The notes beneath the pieces are model-generated. The model saw only the letters and a list, made by a program, of their open reading frames with translations. It ran no database searches and was not told where the DNA came from. Both the position numbers and the translations under genes were made by a program. This document shows positions 1 through 11,465 of a DNA stretch of 64,000 nucleotides, piece by piece. The stretch is from the NCBI GenBank assembly GCA_036172245.1, contig JAYWIR010000023.1, positions 1 through 64,000 on the forward strand, written 5' to 3'. This DNA is from Raillietiella orientalis. Lineage: Eukaryota. Position 1 is the first letter of the stretch; each line of letters begins with the position of its first letter.

Positions 1-1593
1 TGCCGTTGGGGGACTACTCCCCTGCGGAAGCGTGGTCCAGCTGCCTCCAAAAAGTCGAGACGGCGATCGGCCCGTTCCTGGAAGGCAAGTTTCACTTGCC
101 GGAACGGGCCGCGGTTTGGAACGCCTTCGCGGCCCCCATCTTCCGCCCCTTGCTTTTTGTTTGCCCCGCCCCCAGAGAATGCAAAAAGAGGACGAAGGAC
201 CTCCTGAGGATTGCCTTTTGGGGAAGATGGAGGCCCCGTGTCCCGTTTTAGGACTTGTGTGCTCCGCGTCGGGATGGCGGTCTCGGCCTCTTGACGATGG
301 AGCGAGTAGAGATTCAGCTGCGATGGCGAACTCTCGCCATCGCAGCGAAGTTATGGAGCACCCCTTGGTGCATTCGGGCCCGACTCCTTGCCAGCCGTGT
401 ATCCGGGACGGAGGGTCTCGCGTCTCATCTTCTATGCCGTGGCTCGAAGATCAAGAGATGCGGACTTCTTTTGGGACGCATGGCAACTCTGGCTAAGGAT
501 AACGGCTGGATGGTATGCAATCCCACCAACTCCTCCGCATGGCTGGAGGAGACAGCTGGCACGTGGGAGAAGTCTAATGAAAAGAATGAAGAAATGTGGA
601 ACTGCCTGCGACACGGCGCCTATTCCTGCTGCACTCTTCGGAAGATACTCCAGTGTCCCGCGAGAAGCACGTGGGCAGAGACAACCCCCCTAGCTACGGC
701 GATGTTCTTCTTGAGGAGGGCGCTTTCCAGCAGCCGCAAGCCTAGGTGGCAAGTCTCCTGCCGCATTGCAGGCAAGGAGAAGTTGATGTGCGGCTGATCC
801 ACGGGGGAACTGGCGGACGCCACTACCCCTAGTGTTCAGTCGAGAGGACTTAAGAGATGGAGCGAGCTGCTCGGCATCCAGCCGGTTGACCTGAAGTGGT
901 CCCCGGTATTGATTGGTTCAAGGATCCTCCCCCTGAAGTGGCAGGAGTCGGCGCTTCTGTTGTTGCATTGAGGTCTACCCTGCAACGCACGCCGCCACTA
1001 CTGGACCTGGGGTCGAGTAGATCCTGCCTGCATCAGGTGTGGGGAGCAGGAAACCCTCCCCCACCTCCTTGTCGATTGTGCTGCCCTCCGACCCCTGTGG
1101 GAACGTCTTCGTTTCTCCCTACGGATCCAGGAGGGCAGCCAGCCCAGAGACGTTTTTCGGCTTCTTTTCGTGCGAGATGCCCTACGACCAGCCGCATCCC
1201 TGGCAGCACTTTGCTGCGTCGGGGGGATCGTGACGAGCTGGAGTGATTTCAGAAGACCGAGCCACGAGAGGGGTTCCGTCGAACTCGCGGTCTTCTACCT
1301 GAGGCTCGCAACCAGATGGTTTCACCTCTGAATCATTCGGGCGGACCTCGAGAGCATCCTGGAAAGAATTGGTCCTCCTCCCATTGGACCGTGATCCCTT
1401 TCCAGCCCTCCAACTTCTTTTTGTTTTTCTGTTTTTATTTTTCTTTTTGTTTTTTTCCCCACCCCCTTCCGCTGCCGAGGAGAGTCGCGCCGGTCTGCGT
1501 ACCGGCGACCCGGCAGGTCCAGTTGTGTTGGCCGTAGTAGGGCCTAGTACTACGAATTGTAAAGAGAGTTTACAATAAACGCCCCGGCGCGAC
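1..1593 (+). mobile_element. 3' part of a decayed L1/Tx1-type non-LTR retrotransposon (ORF2 C-terminus plus 3' UTR); runs off the left edge of the window
   Basis: Translation gives the post-RT motif FWGRWRPRVPF*DLCAPRRDGGLGLL (LCxPxxxGGLG). A C-terminal CCHC finger CIRCGEQETLPHLLVDC lies at ~1030-1080. In-frame stops are present, and the reading frame ends ...GPPPIGP* at 1394. It is followed by a T-rich tract and AATAAA at 1574-1579. Confidence 0.85.
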
Positions 1594-1794
1594 CGGGTGG
1601 CAACGTAGAGGGAGGAGAGTCTCATAGTCCTGCGGGTCTGTAAGGACAAGTGATCCAAGACAATCAAACTTTTGCGCTGACCTAAAAATAGAAATTCTGT
1701 CAACGAAAAAGACTTTATTATGGAATTTTTTCTATGTAAAATATTTTAATTATAAAAGTTCCGGCTCACCCGGCTGAAAAACCAGGGCGGCGCT

Positions 1795-4607
1795 CATCAG
1801 CATGCCCACCTGGTTCGAAATCCCATGCCTGTCATCAGGAGGTCCTGGAGACGTTTCTGAAGACCACCACGATCTGAAAAGTCGCCGACTGGGACAGCCT
1901 GAAGCACAGAATTCATTTGTTTGCAAACATGCAATTCAGAGACAAGAGACCGAGGCAGGAGGCGTACCGGGAGCTGAACATCCAAGATTGCTCCCTCTCA
2001 AAGTACTTTGATCAGTACGAGAGACAGTACGTCTTCTATAGCGTAAAAGGGGAAGTCGGCGTCCTGGAGAAGAAGAATCTGGCGACGGACATCTTCTGCA
2101 TCCAGTACGGTGACCACAGCCGACACATGTCGGAGGACATCGTGGACGCCTTTGAGAAGCACTACATTGGACACTACCGGAGACAACATCTGTGTCAGGC
2201 CATGCAGAAGACCTTCTTAAGCCATCTTGAGAAGACGATAGACGTCCTCCAACAGAGGAGAATGGAGGAGGATTTCTCTGAAGAATAGGTGAAGACTGCA
2301 TTCCAGGAATGACGCAAGGATGTGGCGGCAGGTTCTGACAGTGTTCCTATCAGTCACTATCAGGGGTAGCTACCTGCACGCCTACCTCCGTTAATTCCAC
2401 CAGTTGATCCTCTGCATCCGACAAGGAGGACGACTGCCGGAGTCCTTCTACGAGAGCAGGACGAGATTGTTGACGAAAGGAGGCGATCTATCTAGGATAG
2501 CCCAATGGAGGCCGATCTCAATCCTTAACTCGGATGCCAAGTGGTTGGCAAAGATCTAGGCCAATCGCTTAGGCAAAGTTATGTTGAGGCTCATTTCTCT
2601 TGTCTAGACATGTGCGGTTCCCGGACGCCACATGTTGGACAATGTTAAGTGCGCACAAGCCACCGCGGGACTTTGCCGATACGTCGGCGAGAACCTGGTG
2701 CTGGCGTTCACAGACATGGAAAAAGCCTTCAACACTATCGATCACAAGATGCTGCTGAAGATTCTGGAAAAGCTGAGACTTCCGGAATACTTCAGCAATT
2801 TCGTGGAAATGATCCTCTGGAATCAACGTTTCCGGATCAAGATCAACGGAATAGACACAGTAGCCATTCGGATGGAACGAGGAGTTCGGCAGGGCGACTC
2901 GATAAGTCCGATGCTGTTCGTTATCTACATGGAGTCCCTGTCTTCTTTCATCAAGAAGAGCGGGAGACTACGTGGGATTAACATCGACGACCAGAAGCAC
3001 GCCTCTCGCCTACGCCGATGACCTGCTCTTCTTCATCAGGGGAGAGAGGGATCAGCAAGCGTTCCTGGATGTGGTGACTCTAATAGAAGAAGGATTGGAT
3101 CTGAAGATCAACGCCCAGAAGAGCCAGCTTTTGCCCGTCGGAATCCTGGATCTCTCCTCTCTCACGAGGAGAGGATTCCGAACGGTGGATACGGCCAAGT
3201 ACCTGGGAGTCTACATCGGCGGCAAGTCTGCGTCGAAGCTACTGTGGACGGAAATCTTGGGAAAAACGGCAAAAGAAGCAGCGAAATACACCCGACTAGA
3301 CTTTCGCATCAAGCAAAAGGCCAACCTCTGGAGTAGAGTACTCCTTCCAAAGCTGCTATTCGGAGCGGCATTCGCAAGAATGAACAAAGATACCACGAGG
3401 GAGTTTGAAAAGCTGCAGAGAAAAACACTGTGGGGCCACTATCGCCCAAGAGTCCGACTAAAACCCCTGTGTCGTCCCAGGGAAGAAGGCGGTTCCGGGA
3501 TGAAGTCGCTTGCACACTCCATGGAAATCATGGATTCGCGACACATCTTGGATATCGCTACTCACTGGGATGACTGACCGTATGCGGCCACAAAGCCTAC
3601 GCATTGCTGTTTAACAACTCGAAAGGCCTGATGACTGCGCTGCTAGGCCGAGCAGGAGAGTGGAACACCATCGACCCAACCTGGAGGAGGAAGCACCGGC
3701 TGGTGCGCAAGCACAACACCAAGATCGTGCCGAGAAGCAGGGAACTCTGGCAGGAAGAGTCCATCCTGGTGATCCTGTGGATGCTTCCGGTCCCTCCGGA
3801 CACAAGAGGCTGGATCTACCAGCGGCCCAGATTTACCCTGCATAGAATCCAGGAATGGAGACGCGGAGGATACCTGCATCACACTCGTATACTTCGGTAT
3901 ATAGAGATGATGCTAGGTAGGTTCACCCATAAGACCCGCGAAGTCTGGATAAACCACAACGACTTCGCGTGGTCTAGGGTAACCGAGATGAACCTCCGGA
4001 AGATTATCAAGGACCAGGACCAAGACACCAGTGCCCTCCAAGAAGCCACCGATCGCTACGGGAGTGACAGGATAGACCTGTTGGCGATCGGTACGACGCT
4101 ATGGAGGGGTGACCTTCCGTCGTACACCCAGGACGACCTCCTGATGTTCTATCATGGAGGAATCCAGAGCGGGTTCATGCTCAAGCACTTCATCGGAATA
4201 AGGGAAGATGAAGACCTCACGGCATGTGGAGACATCGATACGAGACTTCACGTCTTGACGTGTCCCACATTGCTAACGACAGGCTGCTCCTGAAAAGGAT
4301 CATAGGACTAAACAACAAGTCTGTGATGGAAATCCTCTCCGGGATGTTCCAGGGAAATGGTGATGTTCCCTGCTACAATCCCATGGTAAGAATGACCATC
4401 GCCCTATTCATCACCGCCATACTTGTGCGGTGGTGGAAGATGAGGAAAGCCAGAAAAGCCCCACCCCCGATGGAGATTCTGCAAGGACTCATCAAGACGG
4501 AGATCGGCACGAGGAACTGTGGACGAATACATGCCTGGACGTACCGAATCATCCTGAAGAGGATTGAGGACGACGCCCAAGACCAAACATCCGGAAACCC
4601 ACCCTGA
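1795..4607 (+). mobile_element. 5'-truncated, decayed L1/Tx1-type ORF2 (linker, reverse transcriptase, C-terminal domain)
   Basis: RT motifs WRPISILNSDAK, DMEKAFNTIDH, GVRQGDSISPMLF, YADD (3011-3022, after a frameshift), KYLGV and LCRPREEGGSG. Several stops and frameshifts; no endonuclease domain is visible. Ends ...GNPP* at 4607. Confidence 0.93.
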
Positions 4608-4699
4608 GTGCAGAACTTGTTGCACCCCAAGGACTTCCAAGCGGGTGGTATAGTGCCAGTAATGTGAATGTGATTTTAGTATGAATGTGACGTAAAACT

Positions 4700-5983
4700 G
4701 GAAAAATAAGTTTACCCCACCCCTTGTGGGACTTGGAGAAAACTGCCGAGTCTTCGATAGGGCGCCTGTATGCAGCGTGCTTTCGCGCGACGACGCTGCT
4801 TTTTACGGCTTTCCTAGCTGTCAAAGTGGGCCCTGCGCTGTATTGGGGCTCTCGGGAACTCGAAAGAGACAACGAAATGGCGCAGGAAGTGCTCACACTG
4901 TTGCCATCTTCCTGCTTTCCTACCTTTCTGTCCAGGGGTTTCGGGATATTTCCTAGTTCCTGGCTCCAAGAGGTGCTTGCGAGTTCGGCAGCGAGGGCGG
5001 GAGCGCTACGCGTCGAGCCCTGGCGCTCCTTTTTAATTCGCTTCCCTGCTGTGATTTCTCCCTTTCGGGGCGTTGCGGGCGGGGACGCCTGTTTTTTAGC
5101 AGCGTATTGCTTGGCTCTTTTGCCAAGATTTCGTTGACACTGTTCTTTCTTGGGCGCAGCGGCCTTTGTGCATTGGTTTCTTGGACACGACGAAGTTCCG
5201 CTGCTGCCCTTTTTTTTACAAGTTCCGGGCACTTTTTAATTTCGTTCCGGAATCTTTGCAGTAGCAGCATTTCGGGGTGGGACATTTCTTCATTCGGTGC
5301 CCCTTCTTGCCGCACTGCTCGCACGCGCGAGATTGGCCTATGAACCACAGGTGAACGACCGTGCTGTTCACCTGCAGCTGTTCAGGCACGACACGCCTGT
5401 TCGCGACGGTGATTCGCACGGAGGCTTGTCCAATGTGGACAGAGAGGAAATCCCTCATAGGATTCGGTCTCCTGCACAGAGCGTGCACGGTGGCTAACTT
5501 CGCCAGCATGCTCACGACATCGTGGTAGGAGATTTCCGGTTCGATGTCGCACAATTGAACGACAAAAGAGTCGTCCATCACGGAAGGCAGGACTTCCTTG
5601 CCACCGATGGATAACGGAGTACAGAGAAGACTCTGCACAAGTGCCGCGTTTTTACACCGTATCTTTGTGTATTCCATCCTGCCTGCAGGCATGATGGCAA
5701 GGAGTTCCTCCTCGCGAACGCCTATCCGGACGAGTTCATCGTTGAACTCACGCACGGTCTTCCCCTTAAGGGGCCCAATGACCATATAACGGAGAGCAAG
5801 CATGTAGCTGGATGCTACATAGGCCTGCAACTCCGCATCTAAGAATCCTGGTATCTGAGAGGTAACGGCGGCGTAGCTCCTCACCGAAGGCGAGAAAACC
5901 GCCACGGAGGATGCGGCCGCTTCCAGTCCAGTTGAAGCGGATTTAACGGCTTGCTCCTCCACACTATTCTGAGAAGTGGACAT
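4700..5983 (-). mobile_element. Non-LTR retrotransposon ORF1 (gag-like, two CCHC zinc knuckles), frameshifted
   Basis: ATG at 5983 (MSTSQNSVEEQ...), an RSYAAV motif, and knuckle CEQCGKKGHRMKKC. A second knuckle CYCKDSG[H]EIKKC is restored by one base at ~5246. A basic low-complexity tail follows; the 3' limit (4953 or ~4700) is uncertain. Confidence 0.8.
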
Positions 5984-6453
5984 CTTGCACAACGCTGCTT
6001 GGCCAACTTCACGGAAACACACAAGTGCGAGCGAAAACGCACGCACAAAGATGATCAATCGCGGACGCGGAGAGACGCCAAAACACGTCTCCACTGTGCG
6101 AGCGCAGGAGATCGACAACCGCTCCGCTACGAAATCGGCATACAATGACGTCAGGGCCGCTGAACCTGCCGTCGCGCATGCGCCTACGCCGCGATCAAAT
6201 CGCGAATCGAATCCTCCATCTCCTCATCCTTAATGCTCATCCTAAGGATAGCATTTCCAAATTTTCGCGTCCGCAGAGGCGAATAAATATTTTATAACTT
6301 CTACAGAAGCGCGGGGTATTAGCCCTCCTTTATGTAAGCCGCAATTTTTGCGGCGACGTTTGTCACCCCGATATACCGATGCAATTATTATTTTAATTCA
6401 TTGTAAAAATAAATTATATAAATAAACGCCGGAGGTCGCCGCAATTTCTGAAG

Positions 6454-9400
6454 CATCTGCGCGCTACTCGTCAGGTGTGCGTGCGGCAAGAGGTTCATAC
6501 TCCTTCAATGCGGAACAGCACTGACGCTCCCCTTGAGGGATGGTGGGGAGCCCTCCCTCCACGTGATCCTCCTTTTCTTCGCGGCCCACCGTCACCCGGG
6601 TGAGCCCGCCGTGCAACCGATCTGTCTCGGTGCAAGGGTCATCCGGTGGATGCCTTTCCGCGAGCGTCGCAGAGCCTCCGCAACGAGGAGGAACTGCCGG
6701 GAACACGGCAGTCCGTCTGCAGTCGACGCTCCACTCTCCACGTGAGCTCACCTCCCTTCCCGACCGCAGCGCGGACGACCGCAGAAAAATCAAAAGAGAC
6801 TGCGAGAATAAACACTTTCCGCTCCAGCTGAACACTCGCGGATTTCCAACGGCGGCACGCTCTGCCACTCGACGGTTCGCGTCCGCCGGTCGCAAAGCCC
6901 GGCCGCTACGAGCGTGCGCTCGTTGCCCGAAATTACAGCAAGATATGGCGGAAACCGCTAACGTTCCCTCTTCCGAGGACAGCAACTTGGCTCCAGACCC
7001 TGTCGCCTTCGCCCGCATGCCGGAAATGGCCACGGCTTGCGCAGAGCATTTTGTTCGCTGATGGCCTTGCGCAATCCGGGACGGCTGGCGCTCTGCTGTG
7101 CGAGTTCCTTGTGGCTGTGGCAAGCGCGTGCTCCTGAGAAGTGCCGGCGGCCCACCTGCCCGATCCTGCTCCTGGAGTGGGCAAGGGATGGTTGATTAAG
7201 GTAGTAGGAGTTCCTTCGCCGCCCGACCGAACATCTGTAGGAACCTATAGACTTTGTGTGCGTGGACAAGCGCGCACAGCCGCTGCGTGTGCAAAAAAAA
7301 GGAGTCATGCGTCCCGGGAAATGGGACAATGCGGAAACGAAAACGCCATATCACGGGGATCGCCGCACCCGAGCCGGACAGGGAACGTGCACCTCCTCCC
7401 ACTCTTCGATCTTCCTTGACGGAGCCCACCTTTCGCGCCAGCCTTCTGCTTCTTGTTCTTTGGGCAGTCCTTTGCCCTTGAGCTTCGAGCGAACTTCCAC
7501 TCCAGAGGCGGCGCTCACGCCTTCGTCCATAAGGCGGCTGCGTTCCTCGCAGAAGCAAAGACCGCTTTCCGGATGGCATGTCCCTACGGCAACCTACCGC
7601 TACCTGCCACACCAGGGAGCCGTGGCTCCCGTTCCCACTGCAGTTTCCTGGAATGCGCGGCTTTCCGTACGCAGGAGCCTCCAGACTGCTCCAGCTTCCT
7701 TTCCAGACTGAAGGTCGCTCTGCACTTGTGGGGAGGATGAAGACTGGAAAAATGTTTACGGCAAGAGGCTGTGAAGCGTCTGCGGGCAGCGCAGTTGGCG
7801 TCACGGGTGCAACTCCTCCTGAAGACCTGCGCCCTTCCATGCGTGCGCGCTGCGGGTGGTATCCAAAAACGTTCACGTGGACCACCTGCGCGCACGTCGT
7901 TCGCATCGAAGAACACGGATGAAAGTCGCGTTTCTTCCGTGTTCTGGACATCCAGGAAGCGACCAACTGCATCCACTTCGCTACGAAGAAAAGCAGCGGG
8001 CGTCGGGGACGTTCTTAGCCCCATCCGTAGCAGCGCTTCTTCTCGGTCGCAAGCGTGTCTCCCAGAACCCAGCGCGGGCCGCTTAATCTCCCAACGGACA
8101 AGCGCGTCCAGGGATGGGGAAGTCATCACAGCTCTCAGCACCTTCTTGCCCCGTGGAAGTGCCCTAAAAGGTTCCAGGAGCGTGGCGGCTGCATCGCTCG
8201 GACTGGGCGGCAGCTGAGCCGTCGAATCGCGTTGTGCAGACCAGCGCTTGCGCGCTTGCACGCAGAGTACGAGGACGCGCGCCGAATACGCGGAACGGGG
8301 ATGAGCTACTTCCCCGTTCCGCATCCCATCCGGAAAATCCGCCTGTGGTCGCCACAGCGGCCAAAGAGGGTAGGAGTGGGTAAGATGGTCTCGGACATCT
8401 CCCTACAGGACAGCTTCTCTCCTCCAGCTGCTCGCAGCACCTGCACCTCCGGCGTGAAGTGGCTACATCGCCCCGGGCATCATATTCCTCGCCACGGTCG
8501 TTTGCAGCATCCCGCGTTTCACAGGTCGGTTCTGCGCCTCTCATCACGCGTGGGGCAGCGACGAAGAGCCCAGCGGACGTACCAGCCACTCTGGTAAACT
8601 GACGAGTTCACTCGTCCTCTTCGCTTCTGTCGAGACGGCGAGCGACGCGGAAGCGTGTGAATGCCAAGCGACTCCCGCTCTCGGCGCGCGAATCCCACGG
8701 GCCACGTAAACCGACCCCCACGAGGTGCCCGGACCGATGGCCTGCGGGCCCACTGGCGGATATACGGCACGGAATGGTACAGAGACCGAGGGACCATCGT
8801 TGGCCTTTTTGGCAGACCGAGTGCAGCGCAGCCGCAAGCAGAGAATGGGACGCCCCCAGAAACGTTCGTCGCATCCGACAAGGGACGTACCCGTTATCAA
8901 ACGCGCCTGCGGTGCTCCCGGCGGGGTTCGAGCAGTCTTCTGGGACACCGGGAGGAGACTTAAAACGCGGAACCACCTCGTCAAGCCTCTTTCGCGAAGC
9001 GGCGCGCGCTCTCGCGCCGTCGCGGTGTTTTGAGAGAGATAACGTGGACACGACGAAAAGCAACGCCGCATTGTGGCGATTTCCCGAAATCCCAAGAGGG
9101 GGGCCACGTGATTGCATGCCGTGGTTGTTTCGGGGGCAGTGCGGCCTCTCAAGCTCTAAACCAGGTTGCCCTTGACCGGATGTCACGCAACGGGACGCGC
9201 TTGCAATCAGCGACCCGTGTCGCAAGCCCAGAAGGGCAATGCATCCCGCGCTTCTAAGCACCAACTCTGCAGGACAACGGGTGACAGGGGACCACACAAC
9301 GAGTGAGGCCATTTGGTTGGAGAGCCGGAAGAGTCCGAGCTTTCATGGTGCTTGGAGGAAGGCGAGTCCGCGAGCGCGGTGGACGCGTCCTTCACGGCGA

Positions 9401-9774
9401 GAGTGAATCGTGCTGAGGGAGGAGCCTCGGGCTGAGCTCCCGAACGCCTCTTTTGCAGAAGCGTGCGCCTCGGATGATGGTGGCTTTTTCGGAGGCGTGC
9501 GGCAGAGGCTGAGGATGCACCAGGATGCATGTAGCAGGTTTCGTGGTAGGAGGGGGAGCGAAGAATGTGGACCCCGTCGCGTTTTCGAACTCGTCTCCCG
9601 AAACCTTCCGGAGAAAGGCCAACTGTGGAGCAGGGGCAGGGAGGCAGGCATGATCCCTGCGCCATTGCTTCGCTGCAGTGGAGGGAAGGATACTGCGGAT
9701 GCTGCTCAGACGTCCGACGAACCGTATCGACGGCGCCCGGACGAGAGTTGGCAGGGATCTTGTAGGCGTGTCAG
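6454..9774. repeat. Direct segmental repeat, copy A (~3.3 kb)
   Basis: Matches 11466-14785 at a constant offset of 5,012 bp (e.g. ORFs 7196..7972 vs 12208..12984 and 8608..9312 vs 13620..14324). About 98-99% identical in the core by eye. Confidence 0.97.
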
Positions 9775-11465
9775 TTGACTCCCGAACTGCCCCCACATCG
9801 CCGTGCACGCCAGAGCTCCAGTGACACGCGCTGGCGAGCGGAATAAGCGGTCCTGGTGGCGAGTCGCCAATTTCCGTTCCTCTCCACGACTGGATGCGAG
9901 TTTCAATGCTCTGAACGCCTTTGGGGAGGGAACCGTCCCGCATTCAGCAGCCGGACGTGGTCGCGCGTAGGCTAAAGTGGGAAACGGGAGCCTTGCGGGT
10001 GGAATGGAGAGACAGGGACGCGAACGCAGAAGGTGCGCGAGAGGACCCCTCACTTCGCGCTGGCGCACGAGGAGGGTACGTTGGCACGAGCAGCTCGGCA
10101 AAACTCTTCCGTGACAACGGAGCGACCGAAGCGATGCCAAGCAACTCCCTCGTCAGGAGAACGCGCGCCGGGCTACTTTTACGGGTGAAGCGCTGCCAGG
10201 AGACGCGAGCTCGCCTGACGAGAGCGAGAGAGCATTCCCACCGCGAGTCCACCCTGCCCTTTGCGACCGGACCTGCCCGCGCCGTCGGTTTCGAGACAGG
10301 CACCCGTTCGCCCTCTGACGCATGCCCGCGTAGCCGTAACCTTTCCGGGTGCGCGGTGTCGTAAAAGGACGCTGCTCGCCCCCAGCAAACAACAACGCGC
10401 ACGCAGTCGATCCGTACCGATGGTATCGACGACGCGCGCTGCTCCAGTTGAGAAGATGGGGATAGTGGTACAGGGAACGATGGTTCGGTGATTCCTGGCA
10501 GAGCCGGGGAGCACGATTTCGGCGTTTCCCTCCTGAAGGGATGTCAGGGCCCAGGGCAGCTGCCTCTCTTGCTGCACCCGACGCTCGTCTCCCGCGCGGA
10601 ATCGCGCAGCAGGAAAGGGGCCTGAAGGGCGAATTTTCCAGCAGTCTCGTTCGTCCGACCGGTCCCTTGGCGACCATTCGGATGGATGTCTCAAGGCGGC
10701 GGCCCCACCCGTTGGCCTCCGGCCCGACAGGGCCAGGAGATGCTCGTTTCCCTAGCAGGCTTCAGCCGACACCAAGGACTCCGGCAAGAGTTTGCAGCCT
10801 CCTTGGCGGCCAACTCGACTCCTCGCGCCTTCCCGTTCCCGGAAAGGCAAATCTTCCTGGAGCGACGAGGCGGCCTCCGCGAGGGTGCGGACACAGAAGA
10901 GCGGAGCCCGCAGGTGCTGCCAACGGAGCGCGCGGCGTGATCCTCTACGGCGGCGCGCAGGAGGGAAGGAAAAAGGAAGCACCGTCCTTGGAAGACAGGA
11001 CGCTGCCGCTGCAAGAGAGCTTCCCGGGGACGGTTTCGTGCTAGGAGCAGCAAGTGGAAAGGAGCAGATGAAAGAGAGAGAGGGAGGAACGGCTACCGCA
11101 AGCCGAGAGCGCGGCGCGGGACGGATCGGAGGGTCGCGTGTTTGGTGTGAAGCTCAGGAAGGAGGCGTTCCAATATGGAGAACGGCGGCGTTGTGTCGAG
11201 AGGAGTCCTGTTGTTGGGTCCGGAACCCAGGAGCGAGTTCTGGACGGGACTCCCTCCGGAGTCCCGGAGACCTGCGCCTCCACTAGGTCGTCCTTCCCCG
11301 TACTCGCTTATCCGTCGCCGACGCACGAGCGGCGTTTCCGTTGCGCGCCAGACGCAGCTGACCGCAGGAGCCAACGAGTTCTGCTGGGATAGGCAGGAAG
11401 CGCCTCCTCTGCACCGCCACGATTCGGTCCTTCTGCACTTCACCGCGCACTTAGCAGACGCTCCG

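Noticed and set aside
1811..1824. B-box-like GGTTCGAAATCCC at the start of the second LINE
   Set aside because: No upstream A box or tRNA fold; it lies at the edge of the ORF2 remnant.
6316..6331. Exact 16-mer GTATTAGCCCTCCTTT shared with 27742-27757, suggesting a common target site
   Set aside because: About one 16-mer match is expected by chance in a 64-kb self-comparison, and the flanks are unrelated.
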